A stretch of DNA of 39,742 bases from Rhizobiaceae bacterium (lineage in GTDB: Bacteria > Pseudomonadota > Alphaproteobacteria > Rhizobiales > Rhizobiaceae), in NCBI GenBank assembly GCA_036479095.1, contig JAZGFF010000029.1:1-39742 (forward strand), in the 5' to 3' direction. Below are positions 29,563 to 37,753 of this stretch, one piece after another. The notes beneath the pieces are model-generated. The model was not told the origin of the DNA. It searched no databases and was given only the letters and a program-made list of their open reading frames with translations. How positions within the stretch are numbered: position 1 is the first letter of the stretch; the number at the start of each line of letters is the position of its first letter. The translations under genes were made by a program, and so were the position numbers.

Positions 29563-31115
29563 GCGGCCTTTTTTCTAAATTTGCCACCGTTGGCGGCGCC
29601 ACAATGGCAAGCCGAGTGTTAGGCTTTGCCCGTGAGGCAATGATGGCGGCAGCGTTGGGCACGGGGCCGGTTGCTGATGTGTTTTACACCTGTTTCCGCT
29701 TCCCGAATCTGTTTCGCCGTTTATTTGCTGAAGGGGCATTTAATATTGCCTTCATCCCACTTTTTGCAAAAGAATTAGAATCAGGCGGAAAAGACGCTGC
29801 ACAGAAATTTGGCCAAGAAGTCTTTGTCGTTTTGGCTTCATGGCTACTGGTTTTCACGGGTCTCGCACTCCTGTTCATGCCTTATCTGGTATCGACAATT
29901 GTGGCGCCAGGCTTTGTTGATAATCCTGAAAAATTTGAACTCTCCGTCGCAATGACAAGGATTATGTTTCCCTACCTGATGTGGATGTCGTTGGTGGCGA
30001 TGTTTTCTGGGATATTAAACTCGCTTAGAAAATATTTTCTGGCCGCCATCGTTCCCGTTTTACTAAACGTGATTTTGGTCAGCGTGTTATTTTTTGGCAT
30101 CACCCTGAGCTTAGGCGAACGACAGATCGGTATTGCTTTGGCATGGGGGGTTTTCTTTTCTGGCATTGCTCAGTTCTTGTTTCTCTTTTGGGGTGTACGT
30201 GAGCAAGGCATGGGATTTCGATTAACCACGCCCAAGTTGACCGCGCCCGTTCGGCGGCTGTTGATTTTAATGGGGCCCGCACTTTTAACGGGCGGCGTGT
30301 TACAAATTAACCTATTGATCGGAACGATCATTGCGACGGCGCAAGATGGCGCCAACGCATTGCTGAATTATGCCGATCGGCTCAATCAATTACCACTTGG
30401 GGTGATTGGCATTGCCGTTGGGGTGGTGTTGCTGCCGGAACTTTCCCGCGCCTTAAAGGCGGGGGATCAACAGCATGCGCAAAACCTGCAAAACAATTCC
30501 CTAGAGTTTGCCCTCGCGCTGACTTTGCCCGCAGCCGTTGGCTTTATGGTTATTCCAGAGGACATCGTAAAATTGGTTTATGAGCGTGGAGAATTTGATG
30601 GCCAGGCGACCACTGATACAGCGACGGCCCTTGCTTTTTTCGCTGCCGGGCTTCCAGCTTATGTGATGATAAAAGTGTTCCAACCGGCCTTTTTTGCCCG
30701 CGAGGATATGCGCACTCCATTTTATTTCTCGTTGGTTATGGTGGCCATAAACATTGCGCTTTCGCTATATCTGTTTCCTGCCCTTGGTCATGCAGCCATC
30801 GCCATTGCCACCTCCGTTTCCGCATGGGTGAACCTTGCCCTGCTCGCCGCGACTCAATGGGTGCGTGGTGATTTTCGGCCTGATAAAAAATCTATGGAGC
30901 GTCTTATGACGATTCTAGGGGCGGCAATGTTTATGGGAGTGGCTATTTATTTCCTGCGCGAATTTTTCAGCCTTGCGCTGTTTGACGCCAGCTTTATGGT
31001 CCATGCAATTATCACAGTAGGCATGATTGCCATAAGTGCGTCCCTCTATTTCTGGATTTGTTTTATTTCTGGATTGATAGACCGCTCAGCGATAAAACGG
31101 CTCTTGCGCCGCTAA
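29559..31115 (+). CDS. murJ: Lipid II flippase MurJ
   Basis: SRVLGFARE, FRFPNLFRRLFAEGAF, YADRLNQLPLG; ATGA overlap with glnD. Confidence 0.96.
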   Translation: MSGLFSKFATVGGATMASRVLGFAREAMMAAALGTGPVADVFYTCFRFPNLFRRLFAEGAFNIAFIPLFAKELESGGKDAAQKFGQEVFVVLASWLLVFTGLALLFMPYLVSTIVAPGFVDNPEKFELSVAMTRIMFPYLMWMSLVAMFSGILNSLRKYFLAAIVPVLLNVILVSVLFFGITLSLGERQIGIALAWGVFFSGIAQFLFLFWGVREQGMGFRLTTPKLTAPVRRLLILMGPALLTGGVLQINLLIGTIIATAQDGANALLNYADRLNQLPLGVIGIAVGVVLLPELSRALKAGDQQHAQNLQNNSLEFALALTLPAAVGFMVIPEDIVKLVYERGEFDGQATTDTATALAFFAAGLPAYVMIKVFQPAFFAREDMRTPFYFSLVMVAINIALSLYLFPALGHAAIAIATSVSAWVNLALLAATQWVRGDFRPDKKSMERLMTILGAAMFMGVAIYFLREFFSLALFDASFMVHAIITVGMIAISASLYFWICFISGLIDRSAIKRLLRR

Positions 31116-31168
31116 GCTTTGTCCCCCATACAGCCACAAATTGATTGCCAACAACTTGGGTCCAAACC

Positions 31169-32245
31169 ATGTCATCTAAAATTCAAGAGCGGGTGTTTTC
31201 CGGAATTCAACCCACCGGAAATTTGCATTTAGGGAATTATCTGGGAGCAATTAAAAAATTTGTATCCTTACAGGACGATTATAATTGCATCTATTGTGTC
31301 GTTGATCTGCACGCCATCACCGTTTGGCAAGACCCAACAGAATTAGCCAATAATATTCGAGAAGTAACGGCTGCATTTCTTGCCTCCGGTATCGATCCTG
31401 AAAAACATATTGTATTCAACCAAAGCCAAGTTGCCGAACACGCTGAACTGGCTTGGATTTTTAATTGTATTGCCCGCATGGGTTGGCTCTCACGGATGAC
31501 CCAATTCAAAGAAAAAGCTGGCAAAGATCGGGAGAAAGTATCGGTTGGCCTGTTCGCCTATCCGGCCCTAATGGCGTCTGACATTTTAACCTACCGCGCC
31601 ACCCATGTGCCGGTTGGTGATGACCAAAAACAGCACCTTGAATTAACCCGCGATATCGCTCAAAAATTCAATAATGATTATTCAGATCGCATTGCTTCGC
31701 TTGGGTTGGGGGAGCCCATGAAAATAGGCAATGAACAGGTGCAAGGATATTTTCCGCTTACCGAGCCATTAATTGGCGGCCCTGCTGCCCGGGTAATGAG
31801 CTTGCGTGATGGGTCAAAGAAAATGTCGAAATCTGATCAATCTGATCTCTCCCGCATCGTAATGACCGATGACGCTGACACCATTGCTAAAAAAATTCGG
31901 AAAGCAAAAACAGATCCGCTGCCTTTGCCTGAGACTATCGAGGGGCTGGAAAATCGCCCTGAGGCAGATAATTTGGTAGGGATTTTCGCAGCCTTAAAAG
32001 ACACGGATAAGAAAACTGTTCTGGCACAATATGGCGGAGCCGAATTTTCTAAATTCAAACCTGAGTTGGTTGAATTAGCCGTTGAAAAAATTAGCCCAAT
32101 TGCCAATGAAATGCGAAGACTGCAAGCTGATCCCGGCGAGATTGATAATATTTTGGTCAAGGGAGCAGATAAGGCGCGCGCCATCGCTACAAAGACTTTG
32201 GACGATGTACGCGAAATTGTTGGATTTATTGGTGCAAGGCGTTAG
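31169..32245 (+). CDS. trpS: Tryptophan--tRNA ligase
   Basis: [37 protein letters not shown] at 31169. Confidence 0.97.
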   Translation: MSSKIQERVFSGIQPTGNLHLGNYLGAIKKFVSLQDDYNCIYCVVDLHAITVWQDPTELANNIREVTAAFLASGIDPEKHIVFNQSQVAEHAELAWIFNCIARMGWLSRMTQFKEKAGKDREKVSVGLFAYPALMASDILTYRATHVPVGDDQKQHLELTRDIAQKFNNDYSDRIASLGLGEPMKIGNEQVQGYFPLTEPLIGGPAARVMSLRDGSKKMSKSDQSDLSRIVMTDDADTIAKKIRKAKTDPLPLPETIEGLENRPEADNLVGIFAALKDTDKKTVLAQYGGAEFSKFKPELVELAVEKISPIANEMRRLQADPGEIDNILVKGADKARAIATKTLDDVREIVGFIGARR

Positions 32246-32280
32246 GCTGTCACTTGATGTAAATCTGAGCGCGGCAAATT

Positions 32281-32772
32281 ATGGTCAGTAAACGAGAAGT
32301 TAGGCAAGATGGGCATCGCCGAAAATTCCTGGCGGTGGTTGATTCAACTCCAGAATGTGAAAAAGCCATCCACTATGCGGCGCGCCGTGTGGCTGCAATT
32401 GATGCAGACCTTGTTTTAATTTTCGCAATTGAGCCTGGGGATTTCCAGCATTGGTTGGGGGTCGAAGATGTGATGCGGGCTGAAGGCCTTGCCGAAGCTG
32501 AGGCAGCCTTGACCAAGGCCAGTGCTTGGGCCGTTGAATTTGGCGGCATTACGCCGCAAACCGTGATCCGCGAAGGCAAGACTGTTGAGGCAATTGAAAG
32601 CTTGATTGAGGAAGATCACGATATTGCTTTAATGATTCTGGCCGCTGGCGATAGTAAAGATGGGCCTGGCCCCTTGATATCAGCCATTGCCGGTAGCGGC
32701 GGCGTATTCTCTATTCCCGTTACGATTGTCCCCAATACCCTGACCGATGAAGAAATTGATGACCTCGTTTGA
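32281..32772 (+). CDS. Universal stress protein family
   Basis: RKFLAVVDSTPEC...YAARR, GPGPLI, IPVTIVP; the usual trpS-usp-nifU position. Confidence 0.85.
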   Translation: MVSKREVRQDGHRRKFLAVVDSTPECEKAIHYAARRVAAIDADLVLIFAIEPGDFQHWLGVEDVMRAEGLAEAEAALTKASAWAVEFGGITPQTVIREGKTVEAIESLIEEDHDIALMILAAGDSKDGPGPLISAIAGSGGVFSIPVTIVPNTLTDEEIDDLV

Positions 32773-32790
32773 GGATTTAATTTTAGTTTA

Positions 32791-32819
32791 CTTGATCTTG
32801 TGCGTTGAGCATCCTATTT
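32791..32819 (+). promoter_or_regulatory. RpoH-type promoter of nfuA
   Basis: CTTGAT-N16-CCTATTT. Confidence 0.6.
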
Positions 32820-32834
32820 TAGATATATTCTAAA
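32818..32834. promoter_or_regulatory. Iron control element (ICE, Irr box)
   Basis: TTTAGAT-ATA-TTCTAAA versus consensus TTTAGAA-N3-TTCTAAA (13/14 match), upstream of an Fe-S carrier gene. Confidence 0.7.
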
Positions 32835-32862
32835 CTAGCTGCCCTTATTTGAGGATAAAGCA

Positions 32863-33435
32863 ATGTTCATTCAGACCGAAGCCACACCGAATCCCGCAAC
32901 TTTGAAGTTTCTTCCTGGAGAAACAGTTGTTGAGAACGGCCCTTTCGAGTTCACCAGTGCTACGCAAGCTAGCGGGAAATCACCTCTGGCTGAAGCGATT
33001 TTCAGGGTGCCATCGGTGGCTGGTGTCTTCTTTGGGTTTGATTTTGTGACCATTACCAAGTCTGAGGACACGGACTGGCAGCATTTAAAACCAGCCCTAT
33101 TGGGTGCGATCATGGAGCATTATATGTCCGGAGCGCCGGTTATGACTTCTGATAATAGCGATGCAAGCACCCTCGAAGCGGAAGGTTTCATTGAAGAGGG
33201 CACGGAAGAGATCGTTGCCACCATCAAGGAATTGTTAGAAACTCGGGTACGCCCAGCTGTGGCTCAAGATGGCGGTGATATTACGTTCCATGGTTTTAAA
33301 GATGGCCGCGTATTTTTAAAAATGCGCGGGGCCTGTGCTGGTTGCCCCTCTTCTACGGCAACCTTGCAACACGGCATTCAAAATCTTTTAAAACATTTTA
33401 TTCCTGAAGTGGAAGCGGTGGAAGCCGTTCAATAA
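32863..33435 (+). CDS. nfuA: NifU/Nfu-family Fe-S cluster carrier
   Basis: MFIQTEATPNPATLKFLPG, RVRPAVAQDGGDI, GACAGCPSS (CxxC); RBS GAGG. Confidence 0.9.
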   Translation: MFIQTEATPNPATLKFLPGETVVENGPFEFTSATQASGKSPLAEAIFRVPSVAGVFFGFDFVTITKSEDTDWQHLKPALLGAIMEHYMSGAPVMTSDNSDASTLEAEGFIEEGTEEIVATIKELLETRVRPAVAQDGGDITFHGFKDGRVFLKMRGACAGCPSSTATLQHGIQNLLKHFIPEVEAVEAVQ

Positions 33436-33453
33436 TCTTATCTAAGTATTTCC

Positions 33454-34098
33454 TTGTACCTTGCTCTCGATACTTCTGGTCCCTTTTGTTCTGCAGCTAT
33501 TTTCAAGAATGGCCAAATCGTCGCCATGCGCTCCGAAGAATTGGGACGCGGCCATGCAGAGCGTCTCATGCCATTGCTTGAAGAGTTATTATCCCAAGTT
33601 CAGGTTGAATGGAACGAGTTTAAGAGTATCCTATGCACCACGGGCCCGGGGTCATTCACAGGCCTTCGAGTAGGTTTAGCAACAGCACGAGGCCTCGCCT
33701 TAGCCCTCAAGTGCCCGTGCCACGGGGTGAGTGTTTTTGAAGCTTTTGCCTATAGCCATGCGCAACCAATTGCAGTGGTATTAGATGCTAAACGAGATCA
33801 GCTTTGGCTACAATTATTTGGTGCTGATGCAAAGCCTGCTGGAAAACCATTGGTGATTTCCGTTGAAGATGCGGGGGGCTGTATCCCTGCCGAATATCAA
33901 CACTTGATAGGTTCTGGTGCCCCTTTGGTCTCTCAAAACCAGCGTCAATTTACCATCCTCTCGACGGCGGCATCTCCCCCGATTGAAGCTGTTGGTTATT
34001 GCGCCCTTAGTCCTACATTTTTGCCTAAACCAGCTAAGCCACTTTATTTACGAGCACCTGATGCAAAGCCTCAAAAGCCAAGGCTGGTGCGCAAATGA
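33454..34098 (+). CDS. tsaB: tRNA t6A biosynthesis protein TsaB
   Basis: LALDTS, GHAERLMP, GPGSFTGLRVG, PLYLRAPDAK. TTG start. Confidence 0.93.
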   Translation: MYLALDTSGPFCSAAIFKNGQIVAMRSEELGRGHAERLMPLLEELLSQVQVEWNEFKSILCTTGPGSFTGLRVGLATARGLALALKCPCHGVSVFEAFAYSHAQPIAVVLDAKRDQLWLQLFGADAKPAGKPLVISVEDAGGCIPAEYQHLIGSGAPLVSQNQRQFTILSTAASPPIEAVGYCALSPTFLPKPAKPLYLRAPDAKPQKPRLVRK

Positions 34099-34610
34099 AG
34101 CTTGAACTTACATCTGGATTATTAGGAAAACAAAAATACGTGATCATGGCTGCGATGGAATCTGACTTTGATTCAATTGCCCAAATCCACGCGGCAAGTT
34201 TTCCAAGGGGATGGACAAAGTTGGAGTTTTCAAAACTTGCCGCAAAATCCACCAATACCTTATTGGTTGCTCGAGCTGTGGGAAAACCCAATGCACCAAT
34301 CGCTGGTTTTAACCTTATTCAACAAACCATAGATGAGGCTGAAATATTATCGATTGCCGTTGACCCTAAACATCGCCGTAAGGGATTGGCTGCGGCGATG
34401 ATGAGGGAAATAATTTTACGGTTGCAAGGCGACAGGTTGAAAGCATTATTGCTCGAAGTGGATGGCACTAATGTTGCTGCCGTGATGCTCTATGAAAAAC
34501 TCGGCTTCAAAGCCATCGGCAGCAGGCCCGGTTATTACAAAAAAACAGGCGAAGGTGATGAAACCCAAAGAGCCACAGCCCTGGTGATGCGACTAGAGCT
34601 TGTCTCCTAG
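34095..34610 (+). CDS. rimI: RimI-like GNAT N-acetyltransferase
   Basis: EAEILSIAVDPKHRRKGLA, LEVDGTNVAAVMLYEKLGF, RPGYY; follows tsaB. Confidence 0.82.
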   Translation: MKLELTSGLLGKQKYVIMAAMESDFDSIAQIHAASFPRGWTKLEFSKLAAKSTNTLLVARAVGKPNAPIAGFNLIQQTIDEAEILSIAVDPKHRRKGLAAAMMREIILRLQGDRLKALLLEVDGTNVAAVMLYEKLGFKAIGSRPGYYKKTGEGDETQRATALVMRLELVS

Positions 34611-34705
34611 GCTTGGCACGTCTAAACCTGCTTTGAAACGGCGGTAAATATTTGTTGTGATCAATTTATTGCCAAAACAGGAGCGGCCCTCGGCCTAAAA
34701 TATCT

Positions 34706-35125
34706 ATGTCATTGGAAACGCGATGTATTGACCAGGGGATGCGGATGACCGAGCAGCGTCGTGTAATCGCTCGCGTTCTTGAAAATGCAGATGATCACCC
34801 GGATACCGAAGAGCTGTACAAACGAGCATCTTTAATTGATCCACGAATTTCTATCTCAACAGTATATAGGACGGTTGCCCTATTTGAAGATGCAGGAATC
34901 ATTGAGCGCCACGATTTTCGCGATGGCCGCGCTCGTTATGAACCTGCCCCTGAAAATCACCATGACCATTTGATCGACATGAAATCGGGAAAAGTGATTG
35001 AATTTCGCAATGAAAAAATAGAAGCATTACAAGAAGAGATTGCTCGAGAGTTAGGCTATCGTTTAGTCGATCATCGGTTAGAGCTTTATGCCGTGCCGCT
35101 CAAAGATAATGTAGATAAATCGTGA
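34706..35125 (+). CDS. fur: Fur-family regulator (Fur/Mur-type)
   Basis: RMTEQRRVI, DHPDTEELY, STVYRTV, HHDHLID, VDHRLELY; no CxxC. Confidence 0.9.
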   Translation: MSLETRCIDQGMRMTEQRRVIARVLENADDHPDTEELYKRASLIDPRISISTVYRTVALFEDAGIIERHDFRDGRARYEPAPENHHDHLIDMKSGKVIEFRNEKIEALQEEIARELGYRLVDHRLELYAVPLKDNVDKS

Positions 35126-35913
35126 TTGCTAATCTTCGTTTTGGCGTGATTGTATTGCTTACTATTATGGTGCTTTTAGTCCTCTTACCTTTGCACTTAG
35201 TAGCCTTAGTGTTCGCACGATTTGGTTGGACAAAACTTGCAGGCATACTCCCGCTCCTGTTTCATCGCATCATCTTAAGATTGTTTGGTGTGCGCCTAAC
35301 CATTGAGGGAAAATTAGCAAAGAATAGACCCCTCCTGTTGGTTTCAAACCATATTAGTTGGCTTGATATCGTTGTGCTTGCCGCCCTCGAGCCGTTGTCA
35401 TTTGTTGCAAAAGCCGAGATGGCTTCCTGGCCAGTATTTGGACAATTGGCGAAGCTCCAACGCACGGTTTTCGTTAAACGGGAGGAGCGACGAAAAGCTG
35501 GGCAGCAGGCAAACGAGATTGCTGAGCGGATTACTGCGCGTGAAATTATGGTGTTATTCCCCGAAGGCACAACCTCTGATGGGTACGGGCTGTTGCCTTT
35601 TAAAACTCCCCTGTTTGAGGCTGCAAAAATGGCTTTGATCTCTTCACCCGTTCAAGAGGCAATCGTCCAGCCCATCGCAATCGATTATACCCACCTTCAC
35701 GGTTTGCCCTTGGGTAGGGCGCTGCAACGCCACGTCGCGTGGCCAGGCGAGGTTGGCCTTGGTGAAAGCCTAATCCCCTTAGTGCGGGAAGGGGCGCTGG
35801 ACGTCACGGTTCATGTAGGAGAACCAATCATCTTAACGGAACAATCAAACCGTAAAATAGTAGCTGCCCAAGCAGCAACCCGTATTCGTGAAATGCTTAG
35901 ATCGAGCTCTTAA
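35122..35913 (+). CDS. Lysophospholipid acyltransferase (PlsC/OlsA-like)
   Basis: SNHISWLD (NHxxxxD), FVAKAEM, LFPEGTTSDG. Confidence 0.9.
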   Translation: MIANLRFGVIVLLTIMVLLVLLPLHLVALVFARFGWTKLAGILPLLFHRIILRLFGVRLTIEGKLAKNRPLLLVSNHISWLDIVVLAALEPLSFVAKAEMASWPVFGQLAKLQRTVFVKREERRKAGQQANEIAERITAREIMVLFPEGTTSDGYGLLPFKTPLFEAAKMALISSPVQEAIVQPIAIDYTHLHGLPLGRALQRHVAWPGEVGLGESLIPLVREGALDVTVHVGEPIILTEQSNRKIVAAQAATRIREMLRSSS

Positions 35914-35922
35914 ACGAAACCA

Positions 35923-36603
35923 TCAATTTGTGATTTTACCACGAACGCTTTTGTAAACATGAACCATCAAAGCTCCTGCAAAAAGTGGGGTTAAAAGATT
36001 GACCACCGGGATAGAAAGTAAAACCGCAATGGCAAGGCCAGCGATGAAAATTTCAAAGCTAAATTTTTTCCTTAGCTGTTTGACCTCGGCCATAGGATGG
36101 TGCCGCAACGCTGCAAATTGAAAATATTCAATGCCCAATAAATATCCATTCAACAGGAAAAATATCAATACCCCAAGACCAAGAAACAATACCAATAATA
36201 GGGCAATAAAATTGCCAATTAACACAAGCAGAAAAAACCGCATGGTGATGGCACTGGATTGGCTAAGGCTCAAAGCTGTGCCTATTTGATCTTGAGGGTA
36301 GTAGGTCTTTTCAACCTCCTCTGCGACCTCATCTAAAAAGACGCCGGCAAAAACAGATGTGACCGGGGCGATGAGAAAACCCATACCCAATACGATTCCC
36401 GCCCCCAAAAGCCAGTTTAGGGCGCTCAACACCCATGGCCATGAGGCCAACAGCGGCGTGAAAAATATTGAACTAACGCTTTGTAAGGAAAACCACAGCC
36501 CCATAAACATCAAAATTGTTAAGCCTATTGATTTCCACAACACGGAACGAAAAGGCGGGGAGAACAATTGATTTATTGTTTTCGTAACTGCATTTGTAAG
36601 CAT
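35923..36603 (-). CDS. CysZ/EI24-domain membrane protein
   Basis: SPPFRSVLWKSIGLT, FLDEVAEEVEKTYYP, NGYLLGIEYF, IPVVNLLTPLF. ATG at 36603. Confidence 0.8.
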   Translation of the reverse strand: MLTNAVTKTINQLFSPPFRSVLWKSIGLTILMFMGLWFSLQSVSSIFFTPLLASWPWVLSALNWLLGAGIVLGMGFLIAPVTSVFAGVFLDEVAEEVEKTYYPQDQIGTALSLSQSSAITMRFFLLVLIGNFIALLLVLFLGLGVLIFFLLNGYLLGIEYFQFAALRHHPMAEVKQLRKKFSFEIFIAGLAIAVLLSIPVVNLLTPLFAGALMVHVYKSVRGKITN

Positions 36604-36736
36604 GAAATTTGGTTCCAACTTCTTAAGTTAGTTACAGATGGGGTTTTGATTGATGATTCTCAACAGCTATTGCTTTATTTTTTTCTCCTAAAGCGGTACG
36701 AGAGTTTTAAATAGCTCGAGAATGAATTGAACTCCC

Positions 36737-37732
36737 ATGGCGAACGCGGAATATGATGTTCTAACGATCGGTAATGCAATTGTGGATATTATTGCCAAGG
36801 CAGATGATGCTTTCTTGGTACGAGAAAATATTCACAAATCAACAATGAACTTAATTGACGCAGATCGGGCTGAGCAACTCTATTCTGTGATGGGCTCTGC
36901 GGTGGAAACTTCTGGCGGCTGTGCGGGTAGTACAGCTGCAGGTATTGCTAGCCTTGGTGGCAAGGCTGCATATTTTGGAAAAGTTGCCGACGACCATTTA
37001 GGCAAAATTTTCACCCACGACATTCGTGCGATTGGTGTTGCCTATGGCACTGAGCCCCTAGTGGGAACACTGCCAACAGCCCGAAGTATGATTTTTGTGA
37101 CTCCAGATGGGGAGCGCACTATGAACACCTATCTGGGTGCCTGTGTGGAATTGGCTAAATCTGATATCGAAGAGGCTGTGGTTGCGGATGCAAAAATTAC
37201 TTATTTTGAGGGCTACCTATGGGACCCGCCAAAGGCAAAGGATGCCATTCGGTTGGCAGCAAAAATTGCCCATGATCATAATAGGATCGTGGCCTTCACC
37301 CTTTCTGATGTCTTTTGCGTTGATCGCTATCGAGATGAATTTTTAGAACTCATGCGATCAGGCACCGTCGATATAGTTTTCTCCAATGATGGGGAGTTAA
37401 AAGCACTTTATCAAACCTCCGATCTGGCAAGCGCCATGGAGGCGGTTAAAAACGATGTCCCCACCGCTATTATTACGATGGGCAGTGAAGGCTCAGCCGT
37501 CGTCACCAAAGATACAATCATTGAAGTTCAAGCGCACCCAATCGACCAACTGGTGGATTCAACAGGTGCTGGCGATCTGTATGCTGCTGGATTTTTGTAC
37601 GGTTTAACCCATGGCCACGATCATAAGGATTGTGCCAATATTGGTAGCTTGGCAGCAGCTGAAGTGATCCAGCATATTGGTCCGCGCCCCCAAACCAGTT
37701 TAAAACAATTGTTGGCACAATCGGGAATTTAA
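36737..37732 (+). CDS. PfkB-family kinase (adenosine kinase-like)
   Basis: IGNAIVD, TPDGERTMNTYLGAC, EGYLWD, DSTGAGDLYAAGFL. Confidence 0.9.
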   Translation: MANAEYDVLTIGNAIVDIIAKADDAFLVRENIHKSTMNLIDADRAEQLYSVMGSAVETSGGCAGSTAAGIASLGGKAAYFGKVADDHLGKIFTHDIRAIGVAYGTEPLVGTLPTARSMIFVTPDGERTMNTYLGACVELAKSDIEEAVVADAKITYFEGYLWDPPKAKDAIRLAAKIAHDHNRIVAFTLSDVFCVDRYRDEFLELMRSGTVDIVFSNDGELKALYQTSDLASAMEAVKNDVPTAIITMGSEGSAVVTKDTIIEVQAHPIDQLVDSTGAGDLYAAGFLYGLTHGHDHKDCANIGSLAAAEVIQHIGPRPQTSLKQLLAQSGI

Positions 37733-37735
37733 CAC

Positions 37736-37753
37736 TAGCCGAAGCCTCGGCTA
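37736..37753. terminator. Short hairpin between the convergent kinase and mutS genes
   Basis: TAGCCGA-AGCC-TCGGCTA; no U-tract. Confidence 0.35.
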
